Below, piece by piece: positions 27,238-39,577 of a stretch of DNA of 64,000 nucleotides. The first letter of the stretch is position 1. The number at the start of each line of letters is the position of its first letter. Both the position numbers and the translations under genes were made by a program. The notes under the pieces were generated by a model that ran no database searches, was not told the DNA's origin, and saw nothing but the letters and a program-made list of their open reading frames with translations. Source of the DNA: Octopus sinensis (Eukaryota); the NCBI RefSeq assembly GCF_006345805.1, contig NC_043011.1, positions 8,432,001-8,496,000 on the forward strand, read 5' to 3'.

Positions 27238-27374
27238 AAATGTAAATAATGTAAAAAAAAGCAGTCAAATTGTTGGACCGATATAATCCAATATTCCGCA
27301 ACCGGTGTGCCGCGGCACACTAGCATGCCACGAAACAACGTTATGTGTATCTCAGTGTAACCTAAATGTGATCT

Positions 27375-27785
27375 TTTTACTCTTTTACTCTTTTAGTTTT
27401 TTCAGTCATTTGACTGTGGCCATGCTGGAGCACCACCTTTAGTCGAGCAAATTGACCCCAGGACTTATTCTTTGTAAGCCAAGTACTTATTCTATCGGTC
27501 ACTTTTGCCGATCCGCTTTTGCTAAACACGCCAGCATCTGTTGTCAAGTGATGTTGGGGTGGGACAAACACAGACACACAAACAGATACACACATATGTA
27601 TACATATATACATATATACGACGGGTTTCTTTCAGTTTCCATCTACCAAATCCACTCACAAGGCTTTGGTCGCCCGAGGTTATAGTAGAGGACACATGCC
27701 TAAGGTGCCACGCAGTGGGACTGAACCTGGAACCATGTGCTTGGTAAGCCAGCTACATAACACACAGCCACTCCAACGCCTATAG
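27375..27785 (-). mobile_element. SINE family B, full length
   Basis: Reverse complement of 22241-22641. Confidence 0.85.
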
Positions 27786-28450
27786 GACCTAAATATGATC
27801 TTTTCCCCAATACTTTTACTTATATTTTCAGTTCAGTTGTGCCGACGAATTTTGAAAACAATATAAGTGTACCGCCAGTGAAAAAAGTTTGCGGGGTACT
27901 GAAATAATCGACTATTTCTTCCCCTTCTGTGGGTCTTTCCCTTAAAACCAGAAAGAGTTATTTAAATGGGGTCTTTTTTTAAATTAATTTTACTGTTTTA
28001 TTATCTTTATCTTTGTTACTATTGTAAAATTTTTTCCTCTTTTGTATTTATATTTCAGTACTGAATTTTCACCACTACCTGAGGCCTATCCGCCATTTGA
28101 CAGCTTTGGACTGGAGTTTAGATGTACTTATGTGCTGGCCTCGTTTTAGATTAACATGTCTGCGTCTTACCTCGTCTATTTAGAGTCTTTATTGGTCCTT
28201 GCAACAACTTCCGCCACAAGTATCCGTACCACGTATTTGCGAAAAGAGCTTCGTTACCACACAGACTACGCCTGCATCGATGCATACATACATGCATGCA
28301 TACATACATACAGGCTTGTATGCAGGCATACATACATACACACATGCATGCGTACATTCATACGTACATGCATACATACATGCATGCATGCAGGCATACA
28401 TACATACACATATGTATGCGCACATACATACATGCATACATACATATATG

Positions 28451-28481
<31 letters not shown>

Positions 28482-28983
28482 GCATACATACATACACACA
28501 TACATAAATACATACGCACATACATATACACATAAATACACATACGTACATGCATACATACATGCATGCATGCAGGCATACATACACACATGCATACATA
28601 CACACATGTATGCGCATATACACATATACATACATGCTCACATACATACAAACATATACACATACGTTCGTACATGCAGAGAAACATATCAAATTAAATA
28701 GCCACCATTTTGTTTTTTGACAGCTTTACTTCAAAAACCAAAATAATGTCAGTTGATGAATCTAAATACATAACCTCGTATTCAGTTGATAGATATGCCT
28801 TGTGTATATCGATCTTCTGTAAATCCACCCATTTAGGCATCGTTTTATTGAGTAGTGCCAGCACAAGTAAAATGGTAACATGAGGGCTGTCTATTTACTT
28901 TTCAGACATTCGTGTATACATCCATTTGCTTTCCTGCGAGTGTGTGTGCTCATGCGTGTATGTTAGTATGTACGTATGTGAGC

Positions 28984-29400
28984 TGTGAGCTGGCAGAAAG
29001 GTTAGCACGTCCGGGCGAAATGCTCAGCGGTATTTCGTCTGCCGTTACGTTCTGAATTCAAATTCCGCCGAGGTCGACTTTGCTTTTCATCCTTTCGGGC
29101 TCGATAAATTAAGTACCAGTTACGCACTGGGGTCGATGTAATCGACTTAATCCGTTAATCTGTCTTTGTTTGTCCTCTCTGTGTTTAGCCCCTTGTGGGT
29201 AGTAAAGAAATAGGTATTTCGTCTACCGTTACGTTCTGAGTTCAAATTCCGCCGAGGTCGACTTTGCCTTTCATCCTTTCGGGGTCGATAAATTAAGTAC
29301 CATTTACGCACTGGGGTCGATGTAATCGACTTAATCCGTTTGTCTGTCCTTGTTTGTCCTCTCTGTGTTTAGCCCCTTGTGGGTAGTAAAAAAATAGGTA
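28984..29400 (+). mobile_element. SINE family A dimer
   Basis: Full head, tail, second unit from aggtatttcg (about 29212), final tail gggtagtaaaaaaataggtat. Confidence 0.88.
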
Positions 29401-29489
29401 TGTACGTATGTGTGTGCTGATATTTTTGAATAGACAAGTGTATCTCACTTTCTCTACTAGTTCTCTCTCTTTCTTTCTTTCTTTCTCTT

Positions 29490-29520
<31 letters not shown>

Positions 29521-29914
29521 CTTTCTCTCTCTCTTTCTCTCTTTCTCTTTCTTTCTCTCAATTGGTCTTCGTCTTCATTGCTCTTTCTTTTGTTTTTACA
29601 ACTCAACATATTAATGTATTCTATTTTAATCTATATTTGCACTTGTATTGAGTACTCCATTTTTATTCTTATAAATTCACTGGATGTGTGGTAAGATGTT
29701 TGCTTCCCAATCACATGGTGCCGGGTTCATCCCCACTGCGTGGCACATTGGGCAAGTAAGTGTACGAGCTGTGCAGGATTCCCTGTCTGTGCTATTTGTG
29801 AGGTTTTTCTTTTACTTTTCCCTAATTTTTCTTTCTTTCTTAATTTTGGTTCATTCTTTTCATTATTTTAATTTCAGTTTCCTTTCCTCCTCTTTTATTT
29901 TGTTTTATTTTTAT

Positions 29915-31460
29915 TTGGTTTAATTTTTTGGCAGACTGTCTTTTGAACTACTTTTGAACTGTTTTTTGACATGGCAGAGAAGGAACTTAAAAACAAACTC
30001 TGTCTTCTCAAAACAATTTTTTAAAAATGAACTTAAAGAACATTTGTCCTCTTTAAAATATATATCCCGTGGTGTCAAACATGCAACCGTATGGTTGCTG
30101 TTTGACAACGGGGAAAAGGCTCGCCAGTTTGCGAGTCAGCCTTTAGAAGGCAAGGAAATTCTGTTCTTTCCGTCATATTGCAGGAGGAAATTAATAAGAG
30201 CCTGGGTATGGGGGTTGCCCCCAGGCACCGAAGCGGATTGGATTGAAGATACCATCTGACGGGGACTGAGGTATGGCGGGCCCAGGCTCTTAAATGTACA
30301 GGTATTGCCGGCGGTCGATTGGGAAGGGTCAAAAGCGATTTTGACACTGTGGACCCCATCGGCCACAACAGATCTGGTTTTTTCCAAATTTCTTGAAAAT
30401 GGCTGGCTGCAGGTATCCGGTGATACTTGAGGGACGTCCCCCCAAGTGTCACTCGTGCCTGCAGCCAGGCCACATTAAAAGGAACTGCCCCCAGGAACAT
30501 GGCAACGTCCTGGAACAGTCATTAGATGCCACCTCCCCCACTCGGTCAAAGGGAGAGTGGATGTGGTCGAGGAGGCTTCGGCCTCCTCAACTCAAAAAGG
30601 ATTAAAAAGGAAGAAGGCGGGCAACAATAGTTGCCCGCCGAAGGAACCTAAGGCTTCGGGAGGCGAGGGAGAGTCTCCGGACAAAGCGGAAGAGCTCTAC
30701 TCTCCCGAAGTCAGGAAGAAAAGAAAAAAAGGAAGAAGAACGGGTCATCTCAGCGGGGAGATGATGTGCCGTCTGCATGTCCCGAAGTTGTGCCACCCAC
30801 GGTGGAAGAAACCACACCCACCCTTAAAGATGATCAATTAATTATCTTTTTCTATAAGGGCGGAGAGGTGGACAAAATAGTAGAAGAACATAAAGAGACA
30901 GTAGATATGCCCTTCACACGGGATCCCGAATGGCCTCCGCAGATAGCTGTGGAGGTCATAAGGTTTCCCTTGTGGGAAGGCTTAAAGGATTTGGGGGAGG
31001 AGTGTCGCATATGGCCGGGTGGCCCTTACACAACTTACATGTCCTACATGAGTGAGTCATGGGAAATGGCGGGATACATGAACTCAAGCGGCATTGAAGA
31101 TAATGATGAATATATATTTGGATATATCGAAGAGTAGGAGGTGAAAGACCCTCATTATAGGGTTTGAAACCTCATCTTATTGTATTATTTGTAGTGGTTT
31201 ATAACCTCAATTGTGTGTTTTTTTAAAAAAACATGTTAAGTAAGAGGTTTTAGTGCCTCCTTCTTGTAAGAGATTTGAAACCTCATTTTCATTTTTTCAA
31301 AAAAGAAAACATGTTTTCGAGAAAAATCCAATGGGCGGGTGTTGGGTTTCGTCTCTCATTTATTCATTCTATTTCATTTTCATTCATTAATATCTTTGTA
31401 CATCCCGCAAAGCGACACACTCTTCGTACTGTCTATGATGGCAAATTTTGTGGAATAAAG
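29915..31460 (+). pseudogene. Tx1-like ORF1 (gag-like, CCHC knuckle) element with no ORF2
   Basis: Frameshifted ORFs: FFPSYCRRKLIRAWVWGLPPGTEADWI and VILEGRPPKCHSCLQPGHIKRNCP, homologous to LPSYLGRRTAKIRVEDIPPQIEVKWL and VVVEGRKPRCYECGEKGHIRMEC of ORF1 at 49426-51042; stop at 31137, then T-rich UTR ending gtggaataaag. Confidence 0.75.
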
Positions 31461-31572
31461 TAGCTTGATTACCAACCATATGGTTCCTTGGGCAAGTGTC
31501 TTCAACTATAGACTCGGGCCAACCAAAGCCTTGTGAGTGGATTTGGTAGACGGAAACTGAAAGAAGCGCGTC

Positions 31573-31612
<40 letters not shown>

Positions 31613-32024
31613 ATATATAAAACTGAAATGCGTTTTTACCGCTTGGTTCGCTTTCAATGCCACTACATCCCGTCCGATTCGATCCAAAATTTACAGGGAC
31701 ATGTAGAATGAGGTGACGATGCGCGTGGGCTACCTTAGAAATCCCTATCTTAAAAGGTGTGGTTGCTAGGGGCCATCTTCCTACCTCACCCTATTTCCTC
31801 CAGTACTCTGTCACTCCTCTTCATTTGACAATGCAACAACCGTTATTTAATGTAAAGTCTTCCTCAAATCACTCTGTATCTATTTACTCTCTTCCAAGAA
31901 CATTTTCACTCACTCTATCTCTTACCTTCCTATACATTTTACTCATGTATCTCTCAGCGTTCATGGACAGTAACAAATATTACTCGCCATCCCCATCGCC
32001 ATCGCATTCTATTGTCTACCTGTC

Positions 32025-32063
<39 letters not shown>

Positions 32064-32168
32064 TCATATATCTAATATTATATTTTTATTTTTATGTTTT
32101 TGTTTTTGGTTTTTTACTGTTTAATTTCCCTATTAGTGGTTTTATCTCTAATTTAATTTCTACAGCGT

Positions 32169-32207
<39 letters not shown>

Positions 32208-32454
32208 TATGTAGCCCCAGTACACCCGAATGAAATCGGGTTCTCTTCATCAAAATGTGAAAAAGGGGTCTACAATTATCATCGCCACAACTTATGTATG
32301 TCTTCCTCACTCACTCACTCTTTTTCCTAATGATAATTATCATCGCCACCACCAACACCACCAACACACAATCTGGACAATCTTTCTCTTATAACAAATC
32401 ATGTTTACATAGCAACGACGTCTGCCACCTCCGCCGTCTCTATTTATTCTGCAA

Positions 32455-32652
32455 ATGACCAGAACTCGGGAAACTTAGCTTAGTGTTCTATGGTCTATGA
32501 CCAGAACTCGGGAAACTTGGTTGAGTGTTCTATGGTCTATGACCAGAACTCGGGAAACTTGCTTGATTGTTCTATGGTCTATGACCAGAAATCGGGAAAC
32601 TTGGTTGAGTGTTCTATGGTCTATGACCAGAAATTGGGAAACTTGGTTGTGT
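32455..32652. repeat. 42-bp minisatellite, about 4.7 copies
   Basis: atgaccagaa starts at 32455, 32497, 32539, 32581 and 32623; absent from copy 2. Confidence 0.9.
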
Positions 32653-33339
32653 CCTCATCTTATAAAATGTGGCCCCAGTAGACCCAAATTAAATCGGGTT
32701 ATATTAACCAAAAGGTGAAAAGGGGTATAAATGGGGCTGGAAGGGGATTAAAATTTAAAGGAGCGGGTGTTTAGCAATTCTCTGTTACATCAAGCTAAAA
32801 AATTTGCTCCAGCCTTTTAATCGTCAATGTGTTGTCGTCCATGATGAAGTTTTGAATGCTTGCCATCGTGAGTCTACTGTCGTGAGAAAGAATCAAGTCA
32901 AAACTTGGTTTTTAGGGATTTTCTTTTACATCAAGTTCAAACTTTTACGCCAGCCGTTGAACTGTCAATACGTTGCTGTCCGTCGTTAAGAAATGCCAGC
33001 CATGGTGATTCTACTATCCTCAAATTCTATCCCTTCAAACTTTGGTTTCCAATATTTTATTATTTTTATTCAGCTCGCAAGTTCGTCTGTCCCTTTTAAA
33101 TGTTAGTGTTTTGCTGTCTGTCTTGAAGCAGACCTTTCCTTTGTAACTGCCTGATATTTATGATTGATCTTTCTAAATATTTTATTTCTCAACTTACTCA
33201 AGATCTTTTGCTGTTTATAAATGGGAGAGACATACATAAAGATAGAGAGTAAGAGAAAGCGAGGGAGAGTCCGAGAGAAAGGAAGAGTAAGAGAGTGGGA
33301 AAGTGAGAGAGAAAGGAGAAAGAAACAAAGAGGGAGAAT

Positions 33340-33655
33340 CATCATCATCATCATCATCATCATCGTTTAACGTTCGTTTTCCGTGCTAGCACGGGTTGGA
33401 CAGTTTGACAGGGGTCTGGGAAGCCAGGAGGCTGCACCAGGCTCCAGTCTGATCTGGCAGTGTTTCGACAGGTGGATGCCCTTCCTAACGCCAACCACTG
33501 TGAGCGTAGTGGGTGCTTTTTTCGTGCCGCCTGCACAGGTGCCGGGGGGGGGGGCTGGCAGCGGCCACGATCGGTTGGTGCTTTTTACGTGCCACCAGCA
33601 CAGAAGCCAGTCAAGGCGGCGCTGCAATCCGCCACGTTCGGATGGTGCTTTTTAC
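33340..33655 (-). mobile_element. RTE-tail-type repeat nested in Helitron-like copy 1
   Basis: Minus strand ends ccaacccgtgctagcacggaaaacg.acgttaaacg(atg)n; same insertion at 35337-35640. Confidence 0.6.
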
Positions 33656-33738
33656 GTGCTGAAAGGAAGCAACAGAAAGTAACAACCACACTCTTACCCG
33701 CGCGTAGAGCGGGTCACCTTCAGCTAGTATATATATAA

Positions 33739-35712
33739 TACTGAAATGCGTTTTTACCGCTTGGTTCGCTTTTAATGCCACTACGACCCGTCCGATTCGC
33801 TCCAAAATTTACAGGGACATGTAGAATGAGGTGACGATGCGCGTGGGCTACCTTACAAATCCCTATCTTAAAAGGTGTGGTTGCTAGGGGCCATCTTCTT
33901 CACTCACACGATTTCCTTCTTTCCCTCTCTTACTCCCCTTAATTTATAACGTTGACAATGTCCACTCCCGTTATTTAATGTATTCCCCTCAACTCTCTTT
34001 CACTTTGCCTTTATAAGGTCGTCAGGCGGCTTTCTTTGATGTATCTGTTTGCATTCATAGGGAGAATTATCATCGCCACAATTTATGTATATGTCTTCCT
34101 CACTCACTCACTCTTTTTCCTAATGATAATTATCATCGCCACCACCACCACCACACCACCACCACCAACACACAATACTCACTCTATTTCATACAGACGG
34201 CCTTCTTTTATGTATCTGTCTGTGTGAAAGAGAGAGATAACTGAAATTTTTTACTCGGTTTTTGTAGTTCGTGCGTGTGTATGCATGTATGTGTATATGT
34301 ATGTATGCATGTATGTGTGTGTGTGTATGTATCTATGTATGTGTGTGTATGTATCTATGTGTATGTATGTGTATGTGTGTGTATGTATGTGTGGTGTGCA
34401 TGTATGTATGTACCTTTGCCTGTTTATGTAACGGTCTGCTATGTAGAAATGAGGTTGACTCAATGGAAATGCATACATACACACACACATACATACACAC
34501 ACATACACACATACATACACATACATACATACAAATACATACACACACACACATACATAGATGCAGACCTATGTTAAAAGTGCTGGCAAGTTTGCATGAC
34601 AACTATTTTTTTCCTCAAATGAAAGGCGTGACCTCTAGGACAAAATTCCTCATCTTATAAAATGTGGCCCCAGTACACCCGAATGAAATCACGTTATATT
34701 AACCAACATGTGAAAAGGGGTATAAATGTGGCTGGAAGGGGATTAAAATTTAAAGGAGCGGGTGTTTAGGAATTCTCTGTTACATCAAGCTAAAACATTT
34801 GTGCCAGCCTTTTAATCGTCAATGTGTTGCCGTCCATGATGAAGAAGTTTTGAATGCTTGCCATGGTGAGTCTACTGTTGTGAAAAAGAATCACTTCAAA
34901 ACTTGGTGTTTAGGGATTTTCTTTTACATCAAGTTCAAAATTTTACGCCTGCCGTTAAACTGTCAAAACGTTGCTGTCCGTCGTTAAGAAATGCCAGCCA
35001 TGCTGACTCTACTACCCTCAGATTCTATCCCTTCAACTTTGGTTTCCAATATTTTATTTTTTTAATTCAGCTCGCAAGTTCGTCTGTCCCTTTTAAATGT
35101 TAGTGTTTTGCTGTCTGCCTTGAAGCAGACCTTTCCGTTGTTACTGCCTGATATTTATGATTGATCTTTCTAAATATTTTATTTCTCAACTTACTCAAGA
35201 TATTTTGTTGTTTATAAATGGGAGAGAGATAGATAAAGATAGAGAGTAAGAGAAAGCGAGGGAGAGTCCGAGAGAAAGGAAGAGTAAGAGAGTGGGGAAA
35301 GTGAGAGAGAAAGGAGAGAGAAACAAAGAGGGAGAATCATCATCATCATCGTTTAACGTCCGTTTTCCGTGCTAGCACGGGTTGGACAGTTTGACCAGGA
35401 TCTGCGAAGCCAGGAGGCTGCACCAGGCTCCAGTCTGATCTGGCAGGGTTTCTACAGGTGGATGCCCTTCCTAACGCCAACCACTCTGTTAGCGTAGTGG
35501 GTGCATTTTTCGTGCCGCCGGCACAGGTGCCAGGGGGGCTGGCAATGGCCACGATCGATTGGTGCTTTTTACGTGTCACTGGCACAGAAGCCAATCAAGG
35601 CGGCGCTGCAATCCGCCACGTTCGGATGGTACTTTTTACGTGCTGAAAGGAAGCAACAGAAAGTAACAACCACACTCTTACCCGCGCGTAGAGCGGGTCA
35701 CCTTCAGCTAGT
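33739..35712 (+). mobile_element. Non-autonomous Helitron/Helentron-like element, copy 2
   Basis: Shares the 5' ~200 bp and 3' ~1 kb with copy 1; hairpin 35680-35698 plus CTAGT 35708-35712. Confidence 0.7.
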
Positions 35713-35734
35713 ATATATATATATATATATATAT

Positions 35735-36000
35735 ACCGCTTGGATCGCTTTCAATGCCACTACGTCCCGTCCGATTCGCTCCAAAATTTACAGGGACATG
35801 TAGAAATAGGTGACGAAGCTCGTGGGCTACCTTAGAAATCCCTGTCTTAAAAGGTGTGGTTGCTAGGGGCCATCTTCCTCACTCACGCTATTTCCTCCAG
35901 TACCCTCTCACTCCCCTTCATATATATAACTTTGATATTCCACTACCGTTATTTAAAGTATCTGTCACTCTCGCTATTTCCTCTCTTTTTCACTCACTCT
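35735..36000 (+). mobile_element. Helitron/Helentron-like copy 3 (5' part only)
   Basis: accgcttggatcgctttcaatgccactac..aaaaggtgtggttgctaggggccatcttcct matches copies 1 and 2; no 3' hairpin/CTAGT found downstream. Confidence 0.65.
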
Positions 36001-36802
36001 GTTTCTTATCTTCCCATTACATCGGCGTTCTTTTACGTATCAGTCTGTCACCAACAACACACGAGCAAGAGAACAAATATTATGAATCAGATATTCTTGC
36101 GTTCATTTATATGTATGTGTGTGTGTGTTCTATATATAAATATGTATATATAATGTATGTGCGTGTGTGTGTGTGTTCTATATATAAATATGTATATATA
36201 ATGTATGTGTGTGTGTGTGTTCTATATATATGAATATGTATATATAATGTATGTGTGTGTTCAATATATAAATATGTATATATAATGGATATGTACAAAG
36301 TGTATATATCTGTATTTATGTATATTAAACTTTTTCATACTTTTTCATAGTTATATATATTTTTAAACAAATTATAAATATAATTTAATAATTTTTATTT
36401 TCAATTTAATTTAACTTTATCAATTTTATATTTTCTATATTTTCTATATTATATTTTTTTTAATGTTTTTGTTTTTTCACTGTTTGATTTGCCTAAAAAT
36501 TCCATTTTTCACTTTTATGATTATACCCAGAGTGCTCTAATCGAATATGAACTGTCTTCCCATTGGCGGACGTTTGTCTTTTATTTTTGAAACAAACACA
36601 TTGCCTCTTTCGTTTTAAAAAAATAAAACAATACTACCTTAATACATTGGTCCAACAAACAAAACATCACCCACTCTCATTCTTTTATGTATCTGAGAAT
36701 GTGTGTGTGTCTGTCTGTGTGTTTCCCTAAAACTTGAGAACTACTCAACCAATTTCATTCAAATTTTACACATGACTTACTTAGGGTATAAGGAGTGTGT
36801 TG

Positions 36803-39577
36803 AGCTGGGCTCTGGGCGCCATTGGGCTCAATGTCCGCGGCCACGACACAACAGTGAGCGCTATGGCGACCAGAGCTCGCTCTGGGCGCCATTGGGCTCA
36901 ATGTCCGCGGCCACGACACAACAGTGAGCGCTATGGCGACCAGAGCTCGCTCTGGGCGCCATTGGGCTCAATGTCCGCGGCCACGACACAACAGTGAGCG
37001 CTATGGCGACCAGAGCTCGCTCTGGGCGCCATTGGGCTCACTGGCCACGAGACTACAGTGAGCGCTATGGCGACCAGAGCTCGCTCTGGGCGCCATTGGG
37101 CTCACTGGCCACGAGACTACAGTGAGCGCTATGGCGACCAGAGCTCGCTCTGGGCGCCATTGGGCTCACTGGCCACGAGACTACAGTGAGCGCTATGGCG
37201 ACCAGAGCTCGCTCTGGGCGCCATTGGGCTCAATGTCCGCGGCCACGACACAACAGTGAGCGCTATGGCGACCAGAGCTCGCTCTGGGCGCCATTGGGCT
37301 CAATGTCCGCGGCCACGACACAACAGTGAGCGCTATGGCGACCAGAGCTCGCTCTGGGCGCCATTGGGCTCAATGTCCGCGGCCACGACACAACAGTGAG
37401 CGCTATGGCGACCAGAGCTCGCTCTGGGCGCCATTGGGCTCAATGTCCGCGGCCACGACACAACAGTGAGCGCTATGGCGACCAGAGCTCGCTCTGGGCG
37501 CCATTGGGCTCAATGTCCGCGGCCACGACACAACAGTGAGCGCTATGGCGACCAGAGCTCGCTCTGGGCGCCATTGGGCTCAATGTCCGCGGCCACGACA
37601 CAACAGTGAGCGCTATGGCGACCAGAGCTCGCTCTGGGCGCCATTGGGCTCAATGTCCGCGGCCACGACACAACAGTGAGCGCTATGGCGACCAGAGCTC
37701 GCTCTGGGCGCCATTGGGCTCAATGTCCGCGGCCACGACACAACAGTGAGCGCTATGGCGACCAGAGCTCGCTCTGGGCGCCATTGGGCTCAATGTCCGC
37801 GGCCACGACACAACAGTGAGCGCTATGGCGACCAGAGCTCGCTCTGGGCGCCATTGGGCTCAATGTCCGCGGCCACGACACAACAGTGAGCGCTATGGCG
37901 ACCAGAGCTCGCTCTGGGCGCCATTGGGCTCAATGTCCGCGGCCACGACACAACAGTGAGCGCTATGGCGACCAGAGCTCGCTCTGGGCGCCATTGGGCT
38001 CAATGTCCGCGGCCACGACACAACAGTGAGCGCTATGGCGACCAGAGCTCGCTCTGGGCGCCATTGGGCTCAATGTCCGCGGCCACGACACAACAGTGAG
38101 CGCTATGGCGACCAGAGCTCGCTCTGGGCGCCATTGGGCTCAATGTCCGCGGCCACGACACAACAGTGAGCGCTATGGCGACCAGAGCTCGCTCTGGGCG
38201 CCATTGGGCTCAATGTCCGCGGCCACGACACAACAGTGAGCGCTATGGCGACCAGAGCTCGCTCTGGGCGCCATTGGGCTCAATGTCCGCGGCCACGACA
38301 CAACAGTGAGCGCTATGGCGACCAGAGCTCGCTCTGGGCGCCATTGGGCTCAATGTCCGCGGCCACGACACAACAGTGAGCGCTATGGCGACCAGAGCTC
38401 GCTCTGGGCGCCATTGGGCTCAATGTCCGCGGCCACGACACAACAGTGAGCGCTATGGCGACCAGAGCTCGCTCTGGGCGCCATTGGGCTCAATGTCCGC
38501 GGCCACGACACAACAGTGAGCGCTATGGCGACCAGAGCTCGCTCTGGGCGCCATTGGGCTCAATGTCCGCGGCCACGACACAACAGTGAGCGCTATGGCG
38601 ACAGAGCTCGCTCTGGGCGCCATTGGGCTCAATGTCCGCGGCCACGACACAACAGTGAGCGCTATGGCGACCAGAGCTCGCTCTGGGCGCCATTGGGCTC
38701 AATGTCCGCGGCCACGACACAACAGTGAGCGCTATGGCGACCAGAGCTCGCTCTGGGCGCCATTGGGCTCAATGTCCGCGGCCACGACACAACAGTGAGC
38801 GCTATGGCGACCAGAGCTCGCTCTGGGCGCCATTGGGCTCAATGTCCGCGGCCACGACACAACAGTGAGCGCTATGGCGACCAGAGCTCGCTCTGGGCGC
38901 CATTGGGCTCAATGTCCGCGGCCACGACACAACAGTGAGCGCTATGGCGACCAGAGCTCGCTCTGGGCGCCATTGGGCTCAATGTCCGCGGCCACGACAC
39001 AACAGTGAGCGCTATGGCGACCAGAGCTCGCTCTGGGCGCCATTGGGCTCAATGTCCGCGGCCACGACACAACAGTGAGCGCTATGGCGACCAGAGCTCG
39101 CTCTGGGCGCCATTGGGCTCAATGTCCGCGGCCACGACACAACAGTGAGCGCTATGGCGACCAGAGCTCGCTCTGGGCGCCATTGGGCTCAATGTCCGCG
39201 GCCACGACACAACAGTGAGCGCTATGGCGACCAGAGCTCGCTCTGGCGCCATTGGGCTCAATGTCCGCGGCCACGACACAACAGTGAGCGCTATGGCGAC
39301 CAGAGCTCGCTCTGGGCGCCATTGGGCTCAATGTCCGCGGCCACGACACAACAGTGAGCGCTATGGCGACCAGAGCTCGCTCTGGGCGCCATTGGGCTCA
39401 ATGTCCGCGGCCACGACACAACAGTGAGCGCTATGGCGACCAGAGCTCGCTCTGGGCGCCATTGGGCTCAATGTCCGCGGCCACGACACAACAGTGAGCG
39501 CTATGGCGACCAGAGCTCGCTCTGGGCGCCATTGGGCTCAATGTCCGCGGCCACGACACAACAGTGAGCGCTATGGC
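36803..39577. repeat. 70-bp GC-rich tandem satellite, about 40 units, including three 64-bp variants near 37041-37230
   Basis: Unit atgtccgcggccacgacacaacagtgagcgctatggcgaccagagctcgctctgggcgccattgggctca, nearly invariant. Confidence 0.97.

Larger units (their letters stand above)
31620..33728 (+). mobile_element. Non-autonomous Helitron/Helentron-like element, copy 1
   Basis: 3' hairpin acccgc-gcgtaga-gcgggt (33696-33714) followed by CTAGT; (TA)n flanks; 5' ttaccgct resembles the hairpin arm; repeated in tandem. Confidence 0.7.

Noticed and set aside
36803-39577. CRISPR-like array
   Set aside because: Intervening sequences are identical rather than unique spacers, no cas genes, and the context is eukaryotic.
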